DNA from: Hemiscyllium ocellatum | Taxonomy: Eukaryota | NCBI RefSeq assembly: GCF_020745735.1 | Contig: NC_083401.1 | Span: 98,081,740-98,145,739, forward strand | Length of the DNA: 64,000 nucleotides | Direction of reading: 5' to 3' | In this document: piece after piece, positions 14,084-27,030 of the stretch | Layout: each line of letters starts with the position of its first letter | How positions within the stretch are numbered: the stretch's first letter is position 1 | Notes under the pieces: generated by a model | What the model was told of the DNA's origin: nothing | The model's input: only the letters and a program-made list of their open reading frames with translations | Database searches by the model: none | Made by a program: the position numbers and the translations under genes

Positions 14084-15082
14084 GTAGTAATTAATGGCCT
14101 ATGTGTTACATGGTTTGGGTAAAGTGAGGCAGTTGCAGTTATAAAATCATTACTGCAATATGAAGCAGAAAAAAAAAGACTGTTCTTCACAAAAACAGCA
14201 TTTACGAAATACTTAAATAAATGCATCACATTGTCAATATTAAATGACTTTAGAACACCAGGTTGTAAAATTAGATGATTAGACCTAAGTCTGAAATACT
14301 TACAAACTGTTACTTGCAGAGGCATACATTCTTGTATGCACAGTTTCAGCCTGTGCCTTTATGACAACAGGATATTTTCTAAACATATTCAGACATGTTA
14401 GAACACAGCTCTGGAACAAGTGAGATTTGAACTTTGGCCTCCTGGTTAAGAGACACGGACACCACCACTATGCACCAAAAGCCCAAAGGTGGATTTGGAA
14501 GCGTGACCACTGAATTCAATTCAACATCCAACTGATTGCCTAGTAATTATTATGATTACTGGGCAAAGTCAATTCATAAAAGATTCTCTTCTGGATGCAT
14601 ACCTCCCATCAATGCATCTCGTTTAAAACCATCTATTGTGCAACACAGTCTGTTGTAACCTGAAAATAAGTGTTAGCATATTAACAGAAAAGAGGAAATA
14701 ATTGTTATTATAATGGCACAGAAAAGTAATATTGGCAATTGTAAAATATAATTATAATACTCCTTTAACATGATAAACCGAATTAATTTGGGAGAAAAAA
14801 ATTAACAGAATTTCATAGTTTAACTTTGAATGACATACACAGTTAAAAGCAATGCTCCTCAGGTAGATAGGAAATACAGGGATGGCTTATTGTAGAACTT
14901 CCTTCAAATGCAGGAATTTCAGGACATAATATAAAGAGATCCTGCAATTTATGAGTAATGATTAACTTTGCCCTAAGTACAAATCTGCTAACATGGTGGG
15001 TGATATTATTTAACCAAACTCATCTCATCAAATATTAGTGCAGTCAAATCAAGGCAAATTCATCAGTTTGAAGAGGTGCACT

Positions 15083-15670
15083 TAGAGTCAGATGTACAGC
15101 ACGGAAACAGACCCTTCAGTCCAACTCATTCATACCGACCAGATATCCCAACCTTATCTAGTTCCATTTGCCTGCACTTGGCCCATATCCTTCTCAACCC
15201 TTCCTATTCATATACCCATCCAAATGCCTCTTAAATGCTGCAATTGTCCCAGCCTCCACTACTTCCTCTGGCAGCTCATTCTATTCAAGTACCATCCTCT
15301 GTGTGAAAAAGTTGCCCCATAGGTCTCTTTTATATCTTTCCCCTCTCACCCTAAATCTATGCCGTATAGTTCTGGACTCCCCCACCTCAGAGAAAAGACT
15401 TTGTGTATTTACCTTATCCACACCCCTCATGATTTTATAGACCTTTATAAAAAGGTTACTCCTCTGGAGCATCAGAGGCTGAGAAAAGAGCCCCAGCCTA
15501 TTCAGCCTCTCCCTATGCCTCAAATTCCCCAACCCTGGCAACATCTTGTAAACCTTTTCTGAACCCTTTCTTGTTTCACATCATTCCAATAGGACAAGGA
15601 CCAGAATTGCATGCAATATTCCAAAAGTGACCTAACCAATGTCCTGTACAGCTGCAACATGACCTAGCTC
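15083..15670 (-). mobile_element. 5'-truncated CR1 (HER1-like) LINE
   Basis: ORF 15281-15544 MLPGL...RERLNRLGLFS...FFTQRMV, plus the 3' tail tgtacatctgactcta. Confidence 0.9.
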
Positions 15671-18074
15671 CTATATTTGATTAGGATACCTTCGTCAGTT
15701 TCATGCTGAAGCACTACAGCAGAAATAAAAAAAAACAGTAAAATGAAAGCATTTATTATTCCAATCTAGAGACCGTCAAATCGAGACCCTTTTGTGAAAT
15801 ATTCCTGGGTTAGTCAAGTAGGAAAGCAATTTCTGAGAAGGTCGAATGGACAACATGTTAATATGTTTCGAGAAATTGCTGGCACGTACTGTGTTTCTTT
15901 ATGTTGATGGAAGTCAGGATACATTGAGTAAGCATGTACATTAATAAACTGTACATACAGCACACAAAAGTTACATGCCAAGTGAGGATAAATATACATT
16001 TACTTAATGGCATTTACTTTTGACCATTGTTGAATATTTCAGTTGGATGTTCAAGCTCTGCATACAAAGAAATTGCTCAATTGGTTCCATCATATTTTCT
16101 ATAAATTGTAAATTTAAGAATTCAGAAGACAGATAAAACTAGCAATTTAAAAAGCAATATTTGAAGTATGAGAAACTCAAGATGAATTTTTGTTCTTTGA
16201 TTTATATAAGAAGTCACGTATCTTAAACTGTTGAATAACCCAAATATTATTTCCATAAAATCTTAGGTCCAACTGCACAGGATGTCTAACTTGTAAGAGT
16301 TTCTCTCAATGTTGCAAATTATGTGAAATCATTGGAAGACGTGGAATTAGCCTGATTAAAAACTTGCATGGATTTCAGTTAGATAAATCACATATCAAAG
16401 AAATTCCAAAGTTTACCATATTTTGGAACAAGATTATAGCTAGAGTATTAAATTAAAGGGTAAAACCAATACTTACACTGCACGAGGAGAGTGCTGTTTC
16501 ATGAACTGAGATTGGTACGGGTGTTACCAAGAAGGAGACATCTATTAATGTGATTCACAGTTAACCGTTAGACCATAACCTTTAAACCTGTCAGCTTGAC
16601 AATGATTAGTCAAAACATAACACTGAGACATACAGCCTATTAAACAAATAAGTATTTCAGTATCTGAAGTAGCGTAGAAGTCAAGTCAGTATGGAATCCC
16701 TTTATTTTAAAATACCAGCAGATTGTATTAAATAGAATGTCTGTCGCTGTCGGTTTTTAAACAAGATAATGAACGTACCAAACCTGCCTGTACTTGGAAA
16801 ATTCCAACAAAGTCTAGCATTAGAAGCAATTCTATAAATTGTTTAAGGATTATCCAGCACAAGGTAATGAGTGAAAAATTGCACTGTCAACCATTTAGGA
16901 TTCAAGTGAAACTAATATAATGCACATGCTGCACATCTAAAATAAAAACAAGTGCTGGAGAAACTCAGCAAGACAGTTGTGAAAAAAGTGTCATATCAGA
17001 CTCATAACTAACTCATTTTTCTCCACAGAAGCTGCCAGTACAGTTGTGTTTTCTCCAACATATTGTTTTTGTACTAATGTAGGATAGTCTTTGGACTCTG
17101 TCCACTTGAGTATACTGGAAGCGGCGTATGTTAAAATACATTCTTTTATGAACAGACAAAGAACATACAGGTGCATTGCACCTGTTCCAAATAAACAAAC
17201 TAGCTAATCTGTTCATTTCTCAGGGCATAATTCAGTGGGCACAGGTTAACTGTACTTTGAACAAATTACAAACAACATTTCTTTTCATAGTGCCTGCTCA
17301 CTACCACAATGCATTGCACAGCTAAAACTTACCATGCTGTTCACTAGCTGCTGTTGTGGAAATAATATAGAGAATCACCAGGAGACAGAGTTCTTCAAGA
17401 AGTAGGTCTTTTATTTACAATTAAAAAACTGTGACACTGAGAAAGCAGATTCTCAAATGCCCATGAACCTCAGTCTGTGGATTTTTACATTTTTTAAAAA
17501 ATCATGTCTCTGTTAGCTTATCAGCATGTCCAACTATATTAATCAAAGTACCTCACTCTAGCTACACAATAAACCAGTGATGTTAGTTCCCATTATCTCT
17601 TTAGTTGTACATTTAACTTAAATGTTATTCTAATGTCACGGTTAGATATGTATTGCTAACTCTGCTATAGTGATCTTCCATTCCAGACTAACTGGTCACG
17701 ATAGCTATTTAGCTATTCCATCTATTACAATAGTCTCCTGTCTCAAGCTGACTCTATTATTAATTAGATATTTTAATGTCATGTCCCAAATATTTATGGT
17801 CCCAATCCTGTCATAATAACACTTAACAGAAAAACTTGCTTTATTACTTGGTGTTCTCTCATCTCGCCATAGTGACCTTACACCAATTAGCAGAATAGGG
17901 TTAAGGCTGAAAGTGCATTCCACTACTTTTATCCCATCCTGCCTTCCACAGACCAGAGATCACCAGTGCTTTTCATGCTTTAACCCTTCCCATGCTTTCA
18001 TCCTCTATTTTCCATACTGCATGCAACAATAAGGGATCCAAGACGGTAACTGGTTACTAATACTTAAAAAAAAC

Positions 18075-18335
18075 TGTACCATCGGGGAGAAGGTACAGAA
18101 GCCTGAAACACACACCAGTTGGTTTTGAAACAGTTTCTACCCTACTGTTGTTAGAATACTGAATGGACTCAAACTCTTCGCATTCACCTGTACCTATGGC
18201 TTTGGTTTTTGCCACTGTTTACCTATTTTTTAAAACTTATCTACGCTATTTAGCTATGTGATTTGCCCGTATTGCTCACAAGACAAAGCTTTTCACGGTG
18301 CCTCAGTACATGTGACAATAAATTCAATTCAATTA
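18075..18335 (+). mobile_element. Rex1/Babar LINE 3' fragment
   Basis: PSGRRYRS-like coding end and a (caatt)n tail. Near-identical to the reverse complement of 36690-36950. Confidence 0.75.
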
Positions 18336-18679
18336 AAGCTTGCCTACATGGCTTAAAAAAAGTTACACTGCAGCTGAAACAGATGTTTCAATGTTGTATG
18401 TTGCTATCAAGGCCAGCATTGTTGATATGTTTATATCAAATTGCCCTCAAGAAATGGGAGCAATTGAACCATACAGTCCAGTTAGTATAGCCACATCCAG
18501 AGTACTGTTCAGTAATTCCAGGAATTGGAGCCAGTAATGGCGAGAGAATGGCAATGCAGTTCCAACTCGAGAGAGAGACTTGGAAGCGAATTTGCATGAT
18601 GTGGCTTCTTTCCACCTGTAGCCTTAATCCAAGGAGTTAAGAAGTCAAATCTGGAAGGTGCTATCAAAGAAACCTTGAA

Positions 18680-19114
18680 GTTGCCAGGGTTGGAGAGTTT
18701 ACGCTATAGGGAGAGGCTGAATAAGCTGGGGTTGCTTTCCCCACAGCATTGGAGGCTGAGGATTGACCTTAGAGTTTATAAAAATCATGAGGTGCATGGA
18801 TAGGGTAAATAGACAAGATTTTTTCCCTGGGTTAGGAAAGTGCAGAACTAGAGGGCATAGATTTAAAACGGACCTCAGGGACATTTTCACAAAGGGCGAT
18901 GCATGTATGGAATGGGCTACCAGAGGAAGTGGGAGTGGCTGGTACAATTAAAACATTTAAAAAGGCATCCAGGATGAATATGTGAATAGGAAGGGCTTAG
19001 ATGGATATGGGTCAAGTGCTGGCAAATGGGACTTGATTAGTTTAGAACATCTGGTCGGCATGGACAAGTTGGACCAAAGGTTCTGTTTCTGTGCTGTACA
19101 TCTCTATGACTCTA
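18680..19114 (+). mobile_element. 5'-truncated CR1 (HER1-like) LINE
   Basis: CR1 ORF2 C-terminus and 3' tail ending ...tgtacatctctatgactcta. Confidence 0.9.
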
Positions 19115-19245
19115 AGTTCTGAAGAAGAGTCACCAGACATGAAACATTAACTCTGCTTTTTCCAACAGATGCTGCCAGATCTGATTTGCCAGCAATTTCT
19201 ATTTCTGTTTCAGATCTCTAGCATCCACATTCTTGGTTTTATTCT
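19115..19245 (+). mobile_element. PLE terminal fragment with HHR-like motif
   Basis: gttCTGAAGAagagtcaccagacatGAAAcattaac, followed by the gatgctgccaga... tail shared with other PLE ends in the window. Confidence 0.6.
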
Positions 19246-19869
19246 GTAGAATGCCTTGCTTTGTGTGCAGATGGTGGGAAGAGTGAATGCTTAAAATGGT
19301 AGATGAAGTGCCAATCAAGGAGACTGCTTTCTCTTGGATAGTGTCGAGTTTAAATGTTATTGGAAGGTCCACGCATAGGGAATATTCCATTATATCTCTG
19401 GCTTTGCTTTTGTAGATGGTCGAAAGCTCCTTTTCCTCATGGTATTAGTTGAAACATTTGCTAATGGTTTTCTACACTCGACTAAAAGTCTATGTTCACT
19501 GCTCAGGACATGGTTTCTGATTCGTACAGTTCATCATGCTACAAGTTCAATCATATTGGCTAACCTGTGAATATAGCCACAACCATTTGCTTACCATTTA
19601 TGCTTAATGCTGAGAAGGTGTGTGTGTTAAAATGTCAGACACAATACTAGCTGCCCAAATCAAATCAATCGCCTGCTGTACAGGGCAAAAACTCAGAAGA
19701 AGCTTAAGTCCCCAAAATTTGTGAGCGGTACTCACTCCAACCCAGTAGAGAGCTTGCTGGCTCACAATGTTACTTTATAGGAAAACCACAAATGATTTAG
19801 TTCACAAACAGGATGCTGTCAAGCCAAAAAGACATTTTGACTACCAACTGAGTAATGCAACAAGTGTTC

Positions 19870-20198
19870 TTTTCATTCATTCACAGAATGAGGGTGTCAC
19901 TGGCTGGGCCAGCATTAATTGCACATCTCTAATTGCCCAGAGAGCAGTTCAGAGTCAACCACTTCAAGTAATGCAGTTTCCTTCCCAAAAAGGGAATAGT
20001 GAACCAGACTTTGTTTTTCCCAACATTCGATGATGGATTAATGGTCATAATTAGATGACTGAATCATTAGATTCTTAATTCCATATTTTTACTGAATTCA
20101 AAATTCCACCATTTACAGTGAAGGGATTTGAAACCAAGTCCAGGTACATTACCTGGGTCACTGGATAACAGCCCAGTGATAATATCACTGAGCCACTC
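19870..20198 (-). mobile_element. tRNA-derived SINE sharing its 3' tail with the LINE at 29.2-31 kb
   Basis: Reverse strand begins agtggctcagtg (A box) with ggtttcaaatccc (B box). The 3' tail ggcaattagagatgtgcaattaatgctggcc matches the LINE end at ~29230-29290. Confidence 0.65.
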
Positions 20199-20799
20199 CT
20201 TCCCCTCTTTTCTGTGCTGAGTGTGTTCCTGGTTATATAGACTGTACATTCTAATGACCGATGAACCATCAACCACTGCAGTGGACACTATGTCAAATGG
20301 TACTCAACTGGCCCGTGCTTGCAAATCTCAAAAAAGGTAAAGCCACAATCAAATTGTTTCCAACTGTAAGATCACATTAGGTAATCTGGACTGTGACAAG
20401 AATTACACTGGAAACAATTTAAGATCAGCTACAATACATTTGTAGCTTTCTGCCATTGCAACCTGTTTTCTGCCTCTGCATGTAATGGCAGCAACCCAGT
20501 GGGCTAGCAGTGGCTCAGAATACAAACCTGTTGCCATGTCACAGGAGGATGGCACATTTGCCACTTGACTGAGTTTTTACTGTAATCTCAGACAGTTAAT
20601 AAAAGCTTCTGCCATCCATGTTGAAGGTGCATGGAGATTGTAAATAGCCTTCAACACCAGAGTTGATCAAAATCACTTTCCAAAGCCAAATGCAATCTTC
20701 ATTAGCTATAGTGCAGTCACTGGAATAAAACTGCACTGCAGCATTACAACAGGTAAAGCACACAGAAGATAGGCATAAAAGGAATGCCTACACCTCAAT

Positions 20800-22980
20800 G
20801 AATTTCAGGCACATGGCATTAAACATTTCTTCCATCTTCTTCACCTCTGTGCCCATTTCTTTAAGGGCCCTCTCACCATCCCACAGACCCCTTCAACACT
20901 CTCCCTCCATCTAGATCCCTTCCTCTGACCTTTTACCTGCACTTCACCTGTTCACTGAAGAACAGTTAATTGACATTGGTCATTTAAATTTCTGTTCCCG
21001 CTTCAATTATTCAAATCTCTCTCTGAACGAACTGCACTCCAGGCTCTCAGATCCAACTTCAACTTTGTAATCAAGCCTGCCAGCAAGGGTGGTGCCATTG
21101 TCTGGTCTATCGACTTCTACAATGCTCAGGCTGAGAACCGGTTCTCACGAATACCGCCTCCTGCCTCCCCGGGCCATGACCTCACCAGTGAACATCAGGT
21201 GATTGTGTCCAAGACAAATGACTTCCACCCGTAAAAGCACTCCTACCTTCATACCAAAATTTAGAAGAAACAGGATTGCCCAGGCAGACCTACTGTTTCG
21301 GCTAGCTCATCTCCTTTTACTCGCTCTATTTTTGCTCCCCTTCAAGTGCTTTGCCACTTATACCAGAGATTCTAATGACACACTCAATTTCAAAATTTCT
21401 AGCTCGCAGACACCAGCAATTGCAACATCACCATGGATGAGCAATCCCTTTACACATTCAATGCCATCAGGATAATCCTAGGGGTCTCCGCTTGTTCCTG
21501 GGAAAAAAGCCTGAACCCATCCCCAACCACCACGTTCCTCCACTTGGCTAAGCTCACCCTCACTTGGAACATCTTTAGCTCCTTTCCTTTCTTCAGATCC
21601 AAGGTGTAGCTGTACGTATTCACATTGCTCCCTATTATGCCTGGCTCTTTGTGGGCTATGTGGAACATTTCCTGTTCCTCTCCAAAACTCCAGCTCTGGC
21701 ACACCAGCGCTGCTTCCTTCACTTGGTTGGAATTGTAAAACTAAAAAAAAATCAACTCCTCTTCCAATTTCTACCCTGCCCTCACCTGGTTCATCTCTGA
21801 CTCATCCCCTGCTCAACATCTGTTTCCATTTCTGGGGATATGTTGGCTACTGATATCTACTACAAACCCACTGACTTGCACAGTTACCTCAACTATACAC
21901 CCTCATACCCAAATTCCTGCAAGACTCCACCCCATTTTCCCAGTCTGTCTGTCACATCTGATGTCACTTTCTGCAAGGAACTCAAATGTCCACTTTTTTC
22001 CTCAGCAGAGGATTTCCCTCCTCCATGGTCGACAGCGCCTTCAGCTGCACTCAGTCTATTACCTGCACTCTACCTTTCTCTTACACTGACAGGGATCAGT
22101 GATCAGACACAGATGCCCCTTTCCTTTATCAGCTTTCTATAGGGAACCTTGATCAGGGACCTTTGGGACAACCTAATCTACTCTGCATCCCATGGCACAT
22201 TCCCAAGCAATCGTAGAAAGTCTAACACCTGCCCAATTATTCGCGCTCTCCTCACTATCCAAGGCAGCAGGTCTTTCAGGTGAAAAGGCAATTTACTTGC
22301 ACAATTTCAATCTAGTCCACTGCATTTGCTCCTCCCAACATGGTCCCCTCCACACCAGGGAGCTGAAATATCAACTGGGTGGCCACTTTGTAGAACATCC
22401 ACATTCTGCCTGCAAAAATGACCCCCAGCTCTGGTTAACTGCTACTTTAACACACCAAGTTCAACATCTGTATCTTGGGACTGCTGCAGTGCTCAAGGAA
22501 GGCTCAGCACAAGTTGGAAGAACGTCTCATTTTTCATTTACAGACTCTGTGACTTTCAGGACTTAATACTAGAGTTAAATCGTTTAGGCCTAAGCACCTT
22601 CTTCCATGTCCTTTACCCTCAGTAAACCCTAGGCTTTGTCATCACATGGGCTGCTCTAATCTCAGCCAACCCACTTTCACCCTTTAACAATTCTCATTAG
22701 CATTAGCTCCCTGGCTCACTACTGTCCATTCCTTTGTCTGCCCAACTGCTGTTCTCTCTCTGGGCTCCATCTCCACATATTGTTTACTCTTCTCTCCCCC
22801 AAACCTGGTTTTTAGCATATATACAATCTTTACCTAGCAATCAGTTCTAAAGGAGGATTACTGGACCAGAAACATTGACTCTGCATTCTCATCATAGATG
22901 CTGCTAGACCTGTGTTTCTTCAGCTGTTTCTGTTTTTGTTCCTGATTTCCATGATCCACAATTCTTTATTTTTGATGCAG
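20800..22980 (+). mobile_element. Long degenerate Penelope-like element (RT, GIY-YIG remnant, terminal HHR remnant)
   Basis: LSERTALQALRSNFNFVIKPASKGGAI (~21020-21100), TDIYYKPTDLHSYL (21840 ORF), a decayed GIY-YIG region (22192 ORF) and a terminal repeat at ~22845-22980. Confidence 0.8.
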
Positions 22981-23964
22981 AAGGGTAATTTGTTTACCTG
23001 CATTTGCATTGAGGAGTGATTTAATTTTTAAATTACTTTCAAACTTAGTTTTTGGGGGAATTTATTTTTTCACTGGAGTCAAGAGAAAGATGGATTACTC
23101 AGTCACACAAGTCAAGTTGCCAGACCGCAGGGAATTCCAGTTACTGCTACTGCATCCCAACTCAGGCTGAAAAATCATTTGCAGGTTGTCTGTTCCATTT
23201 CCCCTCCTCTTCACATAGTTTCTCACAGCTGGCTTAAAAGGTTTATTCGCTCACAATGAGTGCGTGCACTGCTGAGTAGGCCACCGCAAATTACAGATTT
23301 TTTTTTGTTTTAAACTAAACAGGCTTCCTCCAGAATCGTCCAATATGGTAGAATCATTGTACACCAATAGTGTGTCCTAACACATTTATCTGGCGGTCAT
23401 TTCATAAATGCCATGCGCATATGCATGGGTTGTAAACCAGGGTTATGGCCCATCTTTTTGTCCAGTAGCTCTACTTTGGTTTGACGCAGTGGCTGAAAAG
23501 CAACTGGCCCAATGGGCAACTACAGAATGAAAGTATTATGACTGCTGCCAGGGACGTGGGCACTAGCTTGCTTGACATGCTTCCTATGGTCACACACCAG
23601 CTGGATGGTGAGGCAGTGAAATGCCTTTCAATTCAGGTACACGGCAATGTTGATGTACAATGTGACAATATGACATCCATCCAGTCAATGATAACTTATG
23701 CTGGAAGGCTGAATACTTTGGAGTTCACTTGTGCTAGTTTTTGGAAAGGGAATGAAGCATTAACTTTTGCTTCAGCAAGTTGTTTTATGAAACAAGAAAT
23801 AACAAGCTACCAAATGTTGTTAACATCTCAAGCCTAGAAGAAGCCAGATGCAGACAAGTTCCTAATGGCAACAAAGTCTTTATTTTGAAAAAGTTGGAAA
23901 CTTAGCTCAAACAGCAGATTTCAATGAGATCATCTTCAGTTAAATAAAGACATTTCTCCCACTA

Positions 23965-26900
23965 GTTCATAAGACCACAAGATATAGCAGCACAATTAGG
24001 CATTCAGCCCATTGAGTTTGCTCTGCCATTTGATCATGGCTGATATGTTTCTCAACCCTATTCTCCAACCTTCAACTCTCAATCCTCCTACCAATCAAGA
24101 TCTGTCTTATTGATACTAGATTTGGCCTCCACAACATGCTGCCGCAATGAGTTCCACAGATTTTTTTGAAACTTACTGGCAGAAGAAATTCCTCCTTTTC
24201 TCAGTTCTAAAGGGATGCCCCTTCAGTGAGGGCATGCCCTCAGGCTCTTGTCTCTCCTCAAAATGGAAACATTTTCTCCATGTCAATTTTACATAGGTCT
24301 CTTAGTATTCTGTAAATTTCAATCAGATCACCACACCACCCCCAACACAACCTCACTCTTCTAAACTCCATTAAGTACACCTAAATTCCCCAACTATTCC
24401 TCATAAGCCCTTCAGTTCCAAGATTTTTATAAACCTCCTAGACCCGCTCCAATGCCAGTGCAGCCTTCCTTAGATAATGTGCTCGCAATATTCCAAATAT
24501 GATCTGACCAGAGCTTTATACAGCCTCAGTAGTACATCTCTGCTCTTATATTCTAGCCTTCTCGAAATGAATGCTTCATTGCATTGGACTTCCTAACTAC
24601 CAACTGAACCTGCATGTTAAGATTAATAGAATCCTGAACCAGGACTGCCAAGTCACTTTGTGCTTCTGGTTTCCCCATTTAGAAAATAGTCTACATCTCT
24701 ATACTCCCTACCAAACTGTATAATCTCACATTTGCCTTCATTGTTCAAGCCCTGCAACTCCTCTGATTCCGCAACACTACTACCCTTCAACTGATCTTTG
24801 TCATCTGCAAACTTAACAATGCCCTCAGTTCCTTGGGCCAGATTGTTAATAACTAACATGGATAGTTGCCAGCCAATTCTCCATGCCAGTACCTTGCCCC
24901 TAACAGTGAGCTCATATCTATTTATCAGCATCCTGTGCAATCCTTTGTCGAAGGCCTTCTGCAAATTCAAAAAGATCACATCCACTGGCTCTCCTTTGTC
25001 TAACTTGCTTGTTACTTCCTCAAAAGAATTGTAATAGATTTGTCGGGTATAACTTCCCTTTGATTAAGCCATGTGAATTTCACCCTATTTTACTATGCAC
25101 TTCTAAGTACTCTCCATTTCATCCTTAGTAATGGACTCTAAAATCTTCTCAATTACCAAGATCAGACTAATTGGCCTATAGTTTCCTGTCCTCTGCCTCC
25201 CTCTCCTCTTAAATAGGGTTTGTTAGATTTTAATTTTCCAGTCCTCTGGGATCCATTCTGATTCCAATGATTCCTGAATGATCACCAACGCCTCTACAAT
25301 TTCCTCAGCTATCTCCTTCAGAACCCTGGGGTGTAGTCCATCTAGTCTGGATAATTTATCCACCTTCAGATTGATTCAGTTTCCCCAGCATCTTCTCCTT
25401 AGTGATGGCCACTACACTCACCTCTGTCCACACTTGAAGTTTGGTATGCTGCTCTTGGGAAAATTGAAGTACCCGTTGCATTCCTCCCCCTTTACTACTT
25501 TGTCAAACTTATTTTCCAGCAGTCCAATGTCCACTCTTGCCTCTCTTACCTTTTAGATATCTTCCTCTTGCTTTCTTCTTTCAGCATTCTCATATTTCAT
25601 CTTCTCCCCTTCATTACTTTTGCAGTAATCGCCTGGTTTTTTAAAAAATGGTTTCGCAATTCCTCGACTTCCCACTAATCTTCACTACATTGTATACTTT
25701 TGCTTTCATACTATCCCTGACTTCCCTTCAGTCATTGCAGCCTCGTCCTCCCCTTAAGTAGGTTTCTTCTTCCTTGGAATGACTTTCTGGGAGTAATTTT
25801 GAAGGCATAGTAGAAACTTCTGCCATCGCTGCTCCACTGCCTTCCCAGTCAGATTACACAGTTAACTCTGGCCAGCTCCTCCCTCATGTTTTTGTTGTTA
25901 CTTTTACTCAGTTGCAAGACATCGGATTCAATCTTCTCCCTCTCAAAGTGCAGGGTGAATTCTATCTTATTGTGGTCACTTTCCCCTTGGGTTCATTCAC
26001 CTTCAGCTCCCTAATTAAGCCTGCCTCATACACATTACTAAATCCACAATTGCCTGTTCTCTTGTGGTCTCTACTGCAAGCTGCTAAAAAAAATTCCATG
26101 AATTCCTTTTCTTGGGATTTGGTGGCAACCAACCTGATTTTCCCAGACCACCTGCATTATGAAATTTCCCATGATTACTATAGAAGTACCGTTCCTACAT
26201 GCCTTTTCGATCTCCTGATTTATTCTCTTCTCCACATCCTTGACTACTGCTATATATTGCTTATACACAACTCCGAAGTTTTTGTTTTCTTCTTTGCAGT
26301 TCCTCAACTCTACCCAAACTTTTGATTCTATATCACTGCTTGCTATCAATTTAATTTCATTTCTTACTTACAACACAATCCACCTCCTTTTCTCACCTGC
26401 CTGTCCTTTCAATAGGACATGCATCCTTAGATATTTAACTCCCGGCTCTGATCCCCTTGCAACCATGTTGCTGTGATACTCATCTTTACTGCCAATTTCA
26501 ATTAGCGCTACAAGCTCATTTACCATGTTTTTTTTATATGGCGTGCATTTAAGTACGACACCGTCAGTCCTGTGTCGACTGCCACCTCTTCTCAGTTATC
26601 CCTTACCTGCTGGGCTTGACCCTCCGCTATTTAGTTTAAAACCCTATCCACAGCCTTAGGTTACACAATTCGCAAAGACTGTGGTCCCAGCATGATCCAG
26701 GTGGAGCATGTCCCATTGAAACAACTCCTTTCTTCCTCAGTACGGATGCCATGTCCCAGGAATTGTTTCACTTCTCTCAATTTTTGAGCCATGTGTTTTC
26801 CTCCTTAATCTTGTTAACTCTGTGCCAATTTTATTGTGGATCAGGTAGTAATCCAGGGACCATGTTTTTGGCTCTGCTTTTTAATTTATCCTCTTGCAGT

Positions 26901-27030
26901 GAATGTTTCCTCAGAAGAGCCTGTTTGCTCTTTCTACCTGCATCATTGTAGTCCTTGAGGTTGCCAACAACTGGATCAGCAAACCAAATTCCTCTAATTC
27001 AGATAAAATATCCTGAACCTGAGTAAGCGA
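23965..27030 (-). mobile_element. Old, internally deleted CR1 LINE
   Basis: ORFs read DVIFLNLQKAFDK...KFADD (RT) and WVELRN...IMGNF (APE). CR1 3' tail at ~23965-24060. Confidence 0.8.
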
